Assembly: GCA_002269645.1 (NCBI GenBank)
Contig: NIVC01001685.1
Span: 62,001-126,000 of the forward strand
Direction: 5' to 3'
DNA from: Macrostomum lignano
Lineage: Eukaryota
Length of the DNA stretch: 64,000 nucleotides
In this document: positions 10,201 to 22,361 of the stretch, in pieces
Layout of the letters: every line of letters starts with the position of its first letter
How positions within the stretch are numbered: the first letter of the stretch is position 1
Notes under the pieces: generated by a model
The model's database searches: none
The model's input: the letters and a program-made list of their open reading frames with translations, nothing else
What the model was told of the DNA's origin: nothing
Program-made: the position numbers and the translations under genes

Positions 10201-12411
10201 ATTGTCCGGCTGACTCTGAGCTTGTGCAATCAGCTGGGCTGGTGTGTTAATGAGTCTTCTGTGTTTGACCTTCGTGACAAGGGTAAGTTTTCCTTGCTTT
10301 AGAGATCATTCAGGTAGCACTGTGATCACTCAGATAGCACTGGGATCATTCAGGCAGCACTGGGATCATTCAGGCAACACTGGGATCACTTAGTCATAAC
10401 CGGGATCATTCCAAATGGCATTCCAGAGAAGCCCAGCCCTGTCAGGAAGCTGGCCCTCCACTTTGAGCCCCAGCAGCTCAACATCAGCTGGACGGCACCA
10501 AGCTCACCGTTGCCTGGCAACCAGGAGTACAGCTACCAGGTGCTTCTGTCTGACGGCCGCAGCCTCGCAACCAACTCCACAGCCGTGTCCGTTGCAGTCA
10601 GTCCCGACACGGAGTACTCAGTGACCGTCCGGTGCAGACCGCGGCACTTCAGCGGCCACTGGAGCGACAACTCGAGCGGCAGTGGCAGATCAGGGGAGTG
10701 GCTGCCCTGCAACCCGGAGCTTGATGAGGCATTTCTGCTGCCTCCCAACCAGCTGGTGTTCCCAGCTTCAGACAGGTGAGAGAGCGCTTTCGTTTTTTTG
10801 CAACTTTATCATCTGCTGTAAATTACAGGATAGGTGATCGATTGGTCCTACTAATTATTTCCGATATTCCCATCTTTTTGCTTTTTCACCTCGAAGAATC
10901 GCCTCTTCAAAATCGCCTCTTCAGAATCGCCTCTTCAGAATCGCCTCTTCAGAATTGTTTGTAAAAATCGCCCTTTAAAATCGCCGCAGGAGCTGCAGGA
11001 ACGGCCGAGTCCTGCTCTACAGAGTCGCAAACCTCGGCACCAATCAGAGTGAAACGCTGGCTGTTTCCAAGAAATTCTCAACAGCCTCATATCTCAGCAT
11101 TGTCCTCAACTCCTCCATGCTTAGCCTCAAGTTTGAGTCAACTTTGGCAATCTTCGCCTCTACATCTTACGGCGAGAATTCAAGTTTGCCAAATCGATCA
11201 ATTCACCTGCCACCTTTGACAGCTGCTTGCTCTGGTGGTTCGGACAGTCAGACATTTGTCAGCTGCCTGGTGAACTCAACAAACTTAATCGCAGACTGCA
11301 ACCGGTCTGGTCACGTGACCGGTAATCGAGGATTTTCCAAAGAGACCTGGCAAATTCGCGGAAGTGTTGCGTGTCCAGTTTTGCCTGTTTCTGCTTTTGC
11401 AACGGCTGAAGGTTCATCCGGTTTTTCATCCTGGTATCTGGTTCTGCTTGTTGTAGGTTCAATTTTAATTGTCTCTGCAATTGGCGTTGCTATGGCTGTT
11501 AGACGCTGGACAATGCGGCGTCGAGCTGAAGCAGTGCCATTGTCTGACCCACAAAAGTACATTTCTGAACCCGACGCGACGGTGAGTCGCTTTTAAATTC
11601 ATGGCTATGAAGTTTATGTAGCCGGTTTTAGCATACTGACTGGTTGTCAATGTACATACTTGCCTTGCCGCCCCCAATGTACACACCTCCCCTACCATCC
11701 CAATGTGCACACCTCCCCTACCACCCCAATGTACACACCTCCCCACCACCCCAATGTACACACCTCCCCTACCACCCCAATGTACACACCTCCCCCACCA
11801 CCCCAATGTACACACCTCCCCCACCACCCCAATGTACACACCTCCCCCACCACCCCAATGTACACACCTCCCTTACCACCCCAATGTACACACCTCCCCT
11901 ACCACCCCAATGTACACACCTCCCTTACCACCCCAATGTACACACACCTCCCCCACCACCCCAATGTGCACACCTCCCTTACCACCCCAATGTGCACACC
12001 TCCCTTACCACCCCAATGTACACACCTCCCCTACCACCCCAATGTGCACACCTCCCCTACCACCCCAATGTGCACACCTCCCCTACCACCCCAATGTACA
12101 CACCTCCCCTACCACCCCAATGTACACACCTCCCCTACCACCCCAATGTACACACCTCCCCTACCACCCCAATGTACACACCTCCCCCACCACCCCAATG
12201 TACACACCTCCCCTACCACCCCAATGTACACACCTCCCCTACCACCCCAATGTACACACCTCCCCACCACCCCAATGTACACACCTTTCCTCTAACATTC
12301 CAGCTTGTTTCGGCTGGGCTGCCCTATGACACAGCGCAGTCGCTTCTGCATCAGGAGGACCCTTCGTCAGCTGGCAGCATTGAAGCTCCCGAAGGCTACG
12401 TGAGCAGATAA
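7289..12411 (+). CDS. Type I cytokine receptor-like protein 2 (tandem paralog), about 594 aa
   Basis: Exons 7289-7376, 7458-7772, 8327-8480, 10104-10282, 10427-10775, 10990-11581, 12304-12411; phases match, total 1785 nt. Three internal exons have the same lengths as in paralog 1 (154, 179, 349 nt). Same Ig/CBM/WSDNS/FN3/TM layout. The 81-nt first intron has no stop and could be retained; the 3' end could continue from a possible donor in tac|gtgagc. Confidence 0.78.
7810..8205 (+). repeat. 28/31-bp minisatellite GGCCCAGCAACTGAGGATCTGGGAGGCT(GGT)
   Basis: Tandem copies; an inverted array of the same unit lies at 9505-9868. Confidence 0.9.
8606..8780. repeat. 16-bp minisatellite CCAGCACCAAGGGGCG
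   Basis: About 11 tandem copies. Confidence 0.9.
9505..9868 (-). repeat. Inverted copy of the 28/31-bp minisatellite (AGCCTCCCAGATCCTCAGTTGCTGGGCC)
   Basis: Reverse complement of the 7810-8205 unit. Confidence 0.9.
11670..12285. repeat. 26/27-bp minisatellite AATGTACACACCTCCCCTACCACCCC (intronic)
   Basis: Homologous to the 4121-4815 array, in the equivalent intron of paralog 2. Confidence 0.95.
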
Positions 12412-12829
12412 ACAGCTGTTTAGCCTGTGTATTTGTATTAAGAGCTTGCTGCGCGGTTCTCACTTTCAAAGGCCAACATAATTGCCGCTCCACTCGCACA
12501 GACGGTGTGAAAAGGTGCCCTAGTAAAAACCAGCTGAGATAGTGCCAGTTTACATTTTCCCCGATTTTTTTAAAAAATTGTTAAAACGTACATTTGCGGT
12601 CAGATATTACATAACTTTTGTCAGTTTAACATATTATGTGTTGTTGTACATTATTTATCAGAATTTCCTGTGCATTCCCGCTGCCCCAGTTTATTCATTG
12701 CAATTTTTTCTTCAAACTGATATGCAATTCCACTTTTATCAATTTTACACAGCTATTATCTTGACAAATTAAGCTGTCCATACTTTCCTATATGATTTAT
12801 TTTTGTGACATTTTCAATAATTAATCGAT

Positions 12830-13190
12830 GTGTGAATTGGGTCTGTGTGCATTCACACACAGACTGAGTGATTAGAGTGAATGTGTGAATTGGGTCTGTG
12901 TGCATTCACACACAGTCTGAGTGAATGTGTAAATTGGGTCTGTGTGTATTCACACACACACCGACTGAGTGAATGTGAATTGGATCTGTGTGCATTCACA
13001 CACACCGACTGAATGAATGTGTGAATTGGATCTGTGTGCATTCACACACACACCGACTGAATGAATGTGTGAATTGGATCTGTGTACATTTACACACAGA
13101 CTGAGCGAATGTGTGAATTGGGTCTGTGTGTATTCACACACACCGACTGAGTGAATGTGAATTGGATCTGTGTGCATATTCACATACAAA
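12830..13190. repeat. Degenerate ~45-bp tandem repeat (GTGTGAATTGGGTCTGTGTGCATTCACACAC...)
   Basis: About 8 copies, each with an internal gtgtgaat/attcacac inverted pair. Confidence 0.8.
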
Positions 13191-13844
13191 ATGAATGCAT
13201 GTGTGAATCGAGTATACATAAAGTCAATACTCACTGAGCACTGTAATATTCTTTTCAAATTTACTAAACTATAGATATCGATACATTTTTTTTGTTCCTG
13301 TTTTTCTTCAGCAACCCCTGGCGCCAAAGCTAAGCTTGCGGCTGTTTATCAAGTTATTTTCTTCATATTTTCAAGTCCATGGCGCCCCAAAGACAGGCAC
13401 ATATCACAATATCTAATTTCCATATATTCACTGCAAATCCTTAGCTCTTTTGTTCTTTGTTAGTTCTAGGGGTACTGTGGAATTATTTGTCAGACTGTCT
13501 GTCCTGTGTGCTTGATTTTAGCACTATTTATCATGCGCCTTTGTTTATCAAAACTGTATTTGCCAAATATTATCATACTACTTAGCTGTACTTTTGTAAG
13601 TAGGCAGCGTTGCGCCTTCTTTTATGCTGCAATTTATAAATTTTCAGCTGTGCGTCGGAACTTTATAATCCGAGATTCTCAAATAAACTGTATATTTGAC
13701 TCTTTGTTTTGTTTGTTTAATAATTGAATAATGTTTTCTGTATTTGCTACTTGTTTCTTATTTTTAGTTTTATAAATTCAAAATTATGTGCAATTCATAA
13801 AGATTGCTACTAAAAACTTCACTACCTAAAAGCTGATTTCGATA

Positions 13845-15800
13845 TCTGATCCCTTGAGTACAGATCCCTAATCCCTGAGCACAGATCCCTAATCCCTGAG
13901 CACAGATCCCTGATCCCCTGAGCACAGATCCCTGATCCCCTGAGCACAGATCCCTGATCCCCTGAGCACAGATCCCTGATCCCCTGAGCACAGATCCCTG
14001 ATCCCCTGAGCACAGATCCCTGATCCCCTGAGCACAGATCCCTGATCCCCTGAGCACAGATCCTTGATCCCCTGAGCACAGATCCCTAATCCCCTGAGCA
14101 CAGATCCCTAATCCCCTGAGCACAGATCCCTGATCCCCTGAGCACAGATCCCTGATCCTCTTAGCACAGATCCCTGATCCCCTGAGCACAGATCCTTGAT
14201 CCCCTGAGCACAGATCCCTGATCCCCTGAGCACAGATCCTTGATCCCCTGAGCACAGATCCCTGATCCCCTGAGCACAGATCCCTGATCCCCTGAGCACG
14301 GATCCCTGATCCCCTGAGCACAGATCCCTAATCCCTGAGCACAGATCCCTAATCCCCTGAGCACAGATCCCTGATCCCCTGAGCACGGATCCCTGATCCC
14401 CTGAGCACAGATCCCTGATCCCCTGAGCACAGATCCTTGATCCCCTGAGCACAGATCCTTGATCCCCTGAGCACAGATCCTTAATCCCCTGAGCACAGAT
14501 CCTTGATCCCCTGAGCACAGATCCCTAATCCCCTGAGCACAGATCCCTAATCCCCTGAGCACAGATCCCTGATCCCCTGAGCACGGATCCCTGATCCCCT
14601 GAGCACAGATCCCTGATCCCCTGAGCACAGATCCTTGATCCCCTGAGCACAGATCCCTGATCCCCTGAGCACAGATCCCTGATCCCCTGAGCACAGATCC
14701 TTGATCCCCTGAGCACAGATCCCTAATCCCCTGAGCACAGATCCCTAATCCCCTGAGCACAGATCCCTGATCCCCTGAGCACGGATCCCTGATCCCCTGA
14801 GCACAGATCCCTGATCCCCTGAGCACAGATCCTTGATCCCCTGAGCACAGATCCCTGATCCCCTGAGCACAGATCCTTGATCCCCTGAGCACAGATCCCT
14901 GATCCCCTGAGCACAGATCCCTGATCCCCTGAGCACAGATCCTTGATCCCCTGAGCACAGATCCCTAATCCCTGAGCACAGATCCCTAATCCCCTGAGCA
15001 CAGATCCCTGATCCCCTGAGCACGGATCCCTGATCCCCTGAGCACAGATCCCTGATCCCCTGAGCACAGATCCTTGATCCCCTGAGCACAGATCCTTGAT
15101 CCCCTGAGCACAGATCCTTAATCCCCTGAGCACAGATCCTTGATCCCCTGAGCACAGATCCCTAATCCCCTGAGCACAGATCCCTAATCCCCTGAGCACA
15201 GATCCCTGATCCCCTGAGCACGGATCCCTGATCCCCTGAGCACAGATCCCTGATCCCCTGAGCACAGATCCTTGATCCCCTGAGCACAGATCCCTGATCC
15301 CCTGAGCACAGATCCTTGATCCCCTGAGCACAGATCCCTGATCCCCTGAGCACAGATCCCTGATCCCCTGAGCACAGATCCTTGATCCCCTGAGCACAGA
15401 TCCCTAATCCCTGAGCACAGATCCCTAATCCCCTGAGCACAGATCCCTGATCCCCTGAGCACGGATCCCTGATCCCCTGAGCACAGATCCCTGATCCCCT
15501 GAGCACAGATCCTTGATCCCCTGAGCACAGATCCTTGATCCCCTGAGCACAGATCCTTAATCCCCTGAGCACAGATCCTTGATCCCCTGAGCACAGATCC
15601 TTGATCCCCTGAGCACAGATCCTTAATCCCCTGAGCACAGATCCTTGATCCCCTGAGCACAGATCCCTGATCCTCTTAGCACAGATCCCTGATCCTCTGA
15701 GCACAGATCCCTGATCCCCTGAGCACAGATCCCTGATCCTCTGAGCACAGATCCCTGATCCCCTGAGCACAGATCCCTGATCCCCTGAGCACAGATCCCA
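13845..15800. repeat. 22-bp satellite GATCCCCTGAGCACAGATCCCT
   Basis: About 88 tandem copies; source of the many minus-strand GSGICAQGIRDLC ORFs. Confidence 0.97.
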
Positions 15801-15927
15801 AAAATCCCAATATTTCCCAACTTTCATGTAACATAAATGTCGATGAAAAACGCTAAAAAATACCGCACTACTCACAAGGAAGCTTGAGTAGTATAAAACT
15901 CCCATAAATTGTTGCAGTTTTCCCCAG

Positions 15928-18900
15928 CAGCCGCCTCTGATGCCGCCAGTGTCGGCCGCAGGCTCTGCTGCCTGCTCGACAGTCTGACCTTCGCCTTCTC
16001 CGAGCACCTTGACGACAGCCTTGTGCAGCAGCTGGCTGCCGAGCTGTCCTCTGTGAAGCTGAGTCCTTCATCAGTTGATGAGGCTAAGCATCTGTTAGCG
16101 ATTCTGAGGAGATATTGTCAGGCTGCTGTTGGAAAATCGGATTGCGGATCCGGTGCTGAGCAGCATGCTGAGCTGCTGCCGCTGTACCTGCCTGTGGCTG
16201 AGGCTGTTCTCACCTCTGAGGTGAGGCTGCAGTGCTGATTAGTGTAGCTTTGTAGGGATTCTGTCCTGGCTTTGGAGTGCAGGTAACACTGGGATCACTT
16301 AGACAGCACTGGGATCATTCAGGTAAGCACTGGGATCATTCAGGCAGCACTGGGATCACCCTCACCCTCATTGATCCCACAGCCAGCAGCCATGCCGCAG
16401 GTGGCCAATGAAGCCAAATCCCTGCTAGTTGGCGCCCTGCTTAATTCGCTTCGGTCTGGCCGGCCTCGGCAAGCCAGGATCGGCGCCGATGTGCTGTGCT
16501 GGCGGCTGTCCGCATCGGCAGCTGACCGGTTCGATGCCTCCGACTGGGCCGGCCTGGCTGCGGCTCTGGCCGACGCCCTAACCCGGCCAGATGTCACTGG
16601 CAACCTGCACGCCAGGGCTGCGCTGTGCCTGGCGCTGGCGCACGTGTGGACTCGGTGAGTGAAAAATTCTAGGCATTCGAAAGAATGTCCTGATTATTCT
16701 ATTCTATAATTTGCTACTGCGTTGTGTAATTTTAGAAAATAATGTCGGTAAAGATTAGGAAGTCCATAAATGCAGAAACTTTCTAGCAAAAAGAAGTTCG
16801 CCGTGTACTTTCTAGAGAATGAAAAGTTCGTCGTGTACTTTTTACAGAATGAAAAGTTCGTCGTGTACTTTCTCGAGAATAAAAAGTATGTCGTGTACTT
16901 TCTAGAGAATACAAAGTTCGTCGTGTACTTTCTGGAGAATGAAAAGTTCGTCGTGTACTTTCTACAAAATTAAAAGTATGTCGTGTACTTTCTAGAGAAT
17001 GAAAAGTTCGTTTTGTACTTTCTAGTGAATAAAAAGTTCGTCGTGTACTTTCTAAATAATGAAAAGTATGTCGTGTATTTTCTACAGAATTAAAAGTTCG
17101 TCGTGTACTTTCTGGAGATCGATAAGTTCGTCGTGTGCTATCTAGAGAATGAAAAGTTCGTCGTGTACTTTCTACAGAATGAAAAGTTCGTCGTGTATTT
17201 TCTAGAGAATAAAAAGTCCGTCGTGTACTTTGTAACGAATAAAAAATTTGTCGTGTCGCTTAGTTGCTAGAAAACTAAAAGTCTACCATGTACTTTCTCA
17301 GAACTCTCTTGTGTACTTACAATTTTTATTCTATTTAGAAACCTTATAAGCAATTCGCTGTGAAAATTTATTCCCAATCCAATCGCACTTTCAGATCCCA
17401 GCAAACTCCAGCCTGCACAGCCAATCTACCAGAAGACATCCTAATGGAAACAGTCTGCAATATGCTCTTTGCCACCTGCTCAACTATTAACCAAATTAGA
17501 AATTTATTAGACTCAAATTTGATCTCACTGCCAGCACCAGCGGAGGCTACTGAGTCTTGGCCCACCGAATCCGTGTTGGTGCTGGCCGCATTAAAACCGG
17601 ACACCGTGACATCCTGGTCCTCTGGTCTCACTTCACCAGCTCGAATCCAACTGCTCAAACGGCTGCTGTATTTCTCTTCTGCTCCGAAATTTTCCCGAAC
17701 TCGAGGCTTCGAAAGGGCTTTGGAGTTGATTCTTGAAGTTGCAGTTCCGGCTGGGGAATTGCGGGAAGATCTGGTTGAGTTTCTGTCCTCCGATGGGAGC
17801 TGGGATTACCGTAGTAAAACCCTGACGCTGGCTGACTTGGCCAGGAGAGGCCTCTTCCTGCGGCTGCCAGGGACTGCTAAGAAGCTGGTGAGGGGGCCGG
17901 AGTTCACTGCTGGGAGTTATGACCTTAGTTTATGACCTAATGCATGACCAATTGGAATTGGCTGTTAATGATCGATTAGAATTATCTGTTAATGACTGAT
18001 TAGAATTGGCTGTTAATGACCAATTAGAATTGGCTGTTAATGACCAATTAGAATTGGCTGTTAATGACCAATTAGAATTGGCTGTTAATGACTGATTAGA
18101 ATTGGCTGTTAATGACCAATTAGAATTGGCTGTTAATGACCAATTAGAATTGGCTGTTAATGACTGATTAGAATTGGCTGTTAATGACCAATTAGAATTG
18201 GCTGTTAATGACCAATTAGAATTGGCTGTTAATGACCACTTAGAATTGGCTGTTAATGACCAATTAGAATTGGCTGTTAATGACTGATTAGAATTGGCTG
18301 TTAATGACCAATTAGAATTGGCTGTTAATGACCAATTAGAATTGGCTGTTAATGACTGATTAGAATTGGCTGTTAATGACCAATTAGAATTGGCTGTCAA
18401 TGACCAATTAGAATTGGCTGTTAATGACTGATTAGAATTGGCTGTTAATGACCAATTAGAATTGGCTGTTAATGACTGATTAGAATTGGCTGTTAATGAC
18501 CAATTAGAATTATTGGCTGTTAATAACCGATTAGAATTGGCTGTTAATGACCAATTAGAATTGGCTGTTAATGACCAATTAGAATTGGCTGTTAATGACT
18601 AATTAGAATTGACTGTTAATAACCGATTAGAATTGGCTGTTAATGACTAATTAGAATTGGCTGTTAATAACCGATTAGAATTGGCTGTTAATGACCAATT
18701 AGAATTGGCTGTTAATAACCGATTAGAATTGGCTGTTAATGACAAATAAAAATAAACTTTTCTAACTCCTCAAAAGGCAGACGACTTCTGCCTGTCCGCA
18801 GCCTCCAGACCGACAGCTCGCGACGCTGCTTTGGCCTACTTCTCGGCCAGCTGTCCGAGTCCGGACACTTTGGCCGGTCTGATTGCGGCCGCCTCGGACA

Positions 18901-19955
18901 CGGCGACTGGCGTGGGGCCGGACGCTGCCCTGTTTCTGTGCCTTCGCGACTGCCTTGTTGGAACCGGAAGTGAGATCAGGAGTGTAACCGGAGAGTGGAA
19001 CCGGAAGGAAAACGTAAGTGGACAAGCTGACTCAACCGGAAGTGGACAAGGTGACTCAACCGAAAATGGACAAGGTGACTCAACCGGAAGTCGACAAGGT
19101 GACTCAACCGGAAGTGGACAAGGTGACTCAACCGGAAGTGGACAAGGTGTCTCAACCGGAAGTGGACAAGGTGCCTCCACAGGAAACGGACAAGGTGACT
19201 CAACCGGAAATGGACAAGGTGACTCAACCGGAAGTCGACAAGGTGAATCAACCGGAAGTGGACAAGGTGACTCAACCGGAAGTGGACAAGGTGACTCAAC
19301 CGGAAGTGGACAAGGTGTCTCAACCGGAAATGAACAAGTTAACCAATCAACAGACTTAAGCATTTGGAACTCAGTCGTCACCGGAAGTACCAATATTACA
19401 AAGGTCAAACCGGAAACGAAAACCAGCAGCAAATCATTGAACAACGCCCGACTTCAAGCTGGCATCTGCACTCTCTGTCGCAGCGCCAAAGCCGATGCAG
19501 CCAGCGGTTCACTGGCACCGGAAGCTGCTCACGCTGCAGCCAAATTTGCTGGCGATCTTCTCGCCGATCCTGGAAATTGTGCGCCACCGGAAGTGGTCAG
19601 GAGCCTGGCTCAGCTGGTGTCTGCAGCGGCTGGTGGCGGCAGCGAATGCGACCGTCTGCCACTTGACGGCCTGCCGGACATTCGAGCCGCCGTGTCAGCC
19701 GCTCTCGACCGTCTGGGCGAAGCTGGGATCGCTGATGAAGGTCTTGGCGTCAGTTTGAGACTGGCGCTGCACCGACTGGATGAGCGATGCCGACTGCTCG
19801 ATGATGGAGCTGGGGACTCGGCTGATGAAGAGTCTGGGGATGCGGCAACCAGCGGTGATGACGCGGCATGCAAGCGAATTCTGTGCCTCATCGACGACTT
19901 GGAGCTGTCGATCAGAGCTCACGACCCAATGGATAACGAATGCCTTGGAGACTGA
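15928..19955 (+). CDS. Multi-exon alpha-helical (HEAT/ARM-like) protein of unknown function; 5' end not located
   Basis: Exons ~15928-16220, 16383-16654, 17395-17887, 18777-19955 join with consistent phases (0, 2, 0) at GT-AG sites. Leu/Ala-rich helical composition. The WDYRSK segment weakly recalls THADA, which is not enough to name it. Confidence 0.55.
16790..17255. repeat. 30-bp minisatellite GAAAAGTTCGTCGTGTACTTTCTAGAGAAT (intronic)
   Basis: About 15 copies. Confidence 0.9.
17950..18742. repeat. 24-bp minisatellite TTGGCTGTTAATGACCAATTAGAA (intronic)
   Basis: About 33 copies. Confidence 0.95.
19020..19340. repeat. 24-bp repeat GGACAAGGTGACTCAACCGGAAGT (GQGDSTGS in the gene's frame)
   Basis: About 13 copies inside ORF 18831..19955. 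Confidence 0.9.
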
Positions 19956-20189
19956 GAGTCCTGAGTGACTTGTCCGGTGATTTTTTATTTTAGGAAAATA
20001 TAGGCATTTGTACTTGACTGGTTGCTTGATAATAAATTTAATTAAGTTTGATTGATTATGTCTACTATAATACAATCCATAAATTTGCTTTCAGTTTTAA
20101 CTTTGTTTCTAATTCTTTCTTTTTATTTCGTTTATTTCTTTCAACCACAACCCCTTAAGGCACAGATAGTGTACATGGGTCTATGAAAT

Positions 20190-21985
20190 TTGCTAGCAGG
20201 AAATCTGCTAGCCGAAGTTTGCTAGCGAGAAATTTGCTTGCCGAAATCTGCTAGCCGAAGTTTGCTAGCGAGAAATTTGCTTGCCGAAATCCGCTAGCCG
20301 AAATCTGCTAGCCGAAGTTGCTAGCCGAAATCCGCTAGCCGAAGTTGCTAACCGAAATCCGCTAGCCGAAATGTGCTAGCCGAAGTTTGCTAGCCGAAAT
20401 CCGCTAGCCGAAATCTGCTAGCCGAAGTTGCTAGCCGAAATCCGCTAGCCGAAATGTGCTAGCCGAAATGTGCTAGCCGAAGTTGCTAACCGAAATCCGC
20501 TAGCCGAAATGTGCTAGCCGAAATGTGCTAGCCGAAATGTGCTAGCCGAAGTTGCTAACCGAAATCCGCTAGCCGAAATGTGCTAGCCGAAGTTTGCTAG
20601 CCGAAATCCGCTAGCCGAAGTTGCTAGCCGAAATCCGCTAGCCGAAATGTGCTAGCCGAAGTTGCTAGCCGAAATCCGCTAGCCGAAGTTGCTAGCCGAA
20701 ATCCGCTAGCCGAAGTTTGCTAGCCGAAATGTGCTAGCCGAAGTTTGCTAGCCGAAATCCGCTAGCCGAAGTTGCTAGCCGAAATCCGCTAGCCGAAGTT
20801 TGCTAGCAGGAATTTTGCTAGCGAGGATTTTGCTAGCCGAAATCTGCTAGCGATAATCTAACCAAAACCGGCGAACAGCAATTTACGAAGTTGTAATTTG
20901 CTAGAGACATTTTTTCTTGTCCAATTTTGCAAGAAACTTTGCAGGACTTATCATGCAGGACAAATAAATACCTTTTCTTCAAGTTTGTTGGCTCTGTTGT
21001 TTTGTTTGCCCGCTCTCGGTAGTCAGAGTAAATTAAGAAGGCAATCTGTTGTGGGGACGACTTAATCTGCCGCCTAGCCTTCGCCGTGGGTTCTCGTACA
21101 TGTACGCGTTAAAACGCAATCAGTAGATGACGTCATAGACAAAAAGAAAATAAGATTTAGGTTTTAACGTAGGTGGATTGAAAAGTTCATATACAAGCTA
21201 TTGAATAAAGTAAATATATTACATCTATCCATGATCACAGGGTAAGAGCTTGTGGGCCACACCTGCATAGAGTTTTTGCTTGTACACAGTGCCGTAAGCG
21301 ATGGAAAATATCTATACATTAACAATACATATAGCTATAGTAAATTGTACCTTGGACATACATGTATCTAGCTATAGATACTGTACACCAACATGTGTGT
21401 TACTGTATGCTAAAGTACTGTATATGCAAAACTGCACTTGGAAATCGTCAAAATCATTTATAATTTTTTGTCCTTTTTTACTTGTAGACATTTGATAATA
21501 TTTTAGCATTATCAGCTGTAAGGCCGTAGTTCAGGTAGCTCAGGCAGCTGTAGTTCAGGTAGTTAAATTTAAACTTATCTATACACACAACTTTCAGTCT
21601 TAATGGCTGGTAGTGGCAGTATATGGTATATAAGTTATATATTTACTCGTACGAATCAAAGCAGCTCAAATCGGAATCAAAACACAGCAAATAACATGCA
21701 AAAGCTACGAGAGCAAGGCAGCTAGCAAAATTCCTGCTAGCAGAATTCCTGCTAGCAGATTTCGGCTAGCAGATTTCGGCTAGCAAACTTCGGCTAGCAA
21801 ATTTCGTCTAGCACATTTCGGCAAGCAAATTTCGGCTAGCACATTTCGGCAAGCAAATTTCGGCTAGCACATTTCGGCTAGCATATTTCGGCTAGCACAT
21901 TTCGGCTAGCACATTTCGGCTAGCACATTTCGGCAAGCAAATTTCTCGCTAGCAAACTTCGGCTAGCAGATTTCCTGCTAGCAGA
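20190..21985. mobile_element. Foldback-like element: inverted arms made of GCTAGCCGAAAT tandem units around an ~870-bp AT-rich loop
   Basis: Left arm 20190-20850 (+), right arm 21720-21985 (-). About 55 bp of the outer ends are complementary (tgctagcaggaaatctgctagccgaagtttgctagcgagaaatttgcttgccgaaat), and the inner ends share tgctagcaggaattttgctagc. No transposase and no clear TSD. Confidence 0.6.
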
Positions 21986-22361
21986 TCTCGTACTCCCGGC
22001 TAATGGCTTGCACTTTATACTACATACCGTGAAAAATAATGAAACTCTAACAGCTGAATAACAGCCAATTTGATATGGCTTTGCAAGCTATTCTCTTCTA
22101 TCGGACATAAGAAGATGGATTGTCAAGTATAGCCAATTAATTAATTAAACTTGATAAACTCAAATTGCTTTAACTTCCGCATTCTCATCTCGACCCATTG
22201 GGGCACAGTGCCGAGCCTTCTAATGCATCCTCTCCGAAGCACACTGAATAGTTCAGCATCTGAGCAGCCACTTGCTGCCACCACCAACTCTTGCTCGTCC
22301 ACATCCTCCCTGTAAGCCACATCTCGGATCCAGTATTTAGCTCCCGAGTCTCCTGTTCCGA

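Noticed and set aside
13770-16007. Long minus-strand GSGICAQGIRDLC ORFs
   Set aside because: Artefacts of the 22-bp satellite.
19020-19340. Ice-nucleation-protein-like octapeptide
   Set aside because: GQGDSTGS lacks the AGYGST consensus, and the tract may not be coding.
15928-19955. Naming the helical gene THADA
   Set aside because: Only one weak motif, and the ORF ends far short of THADA length.
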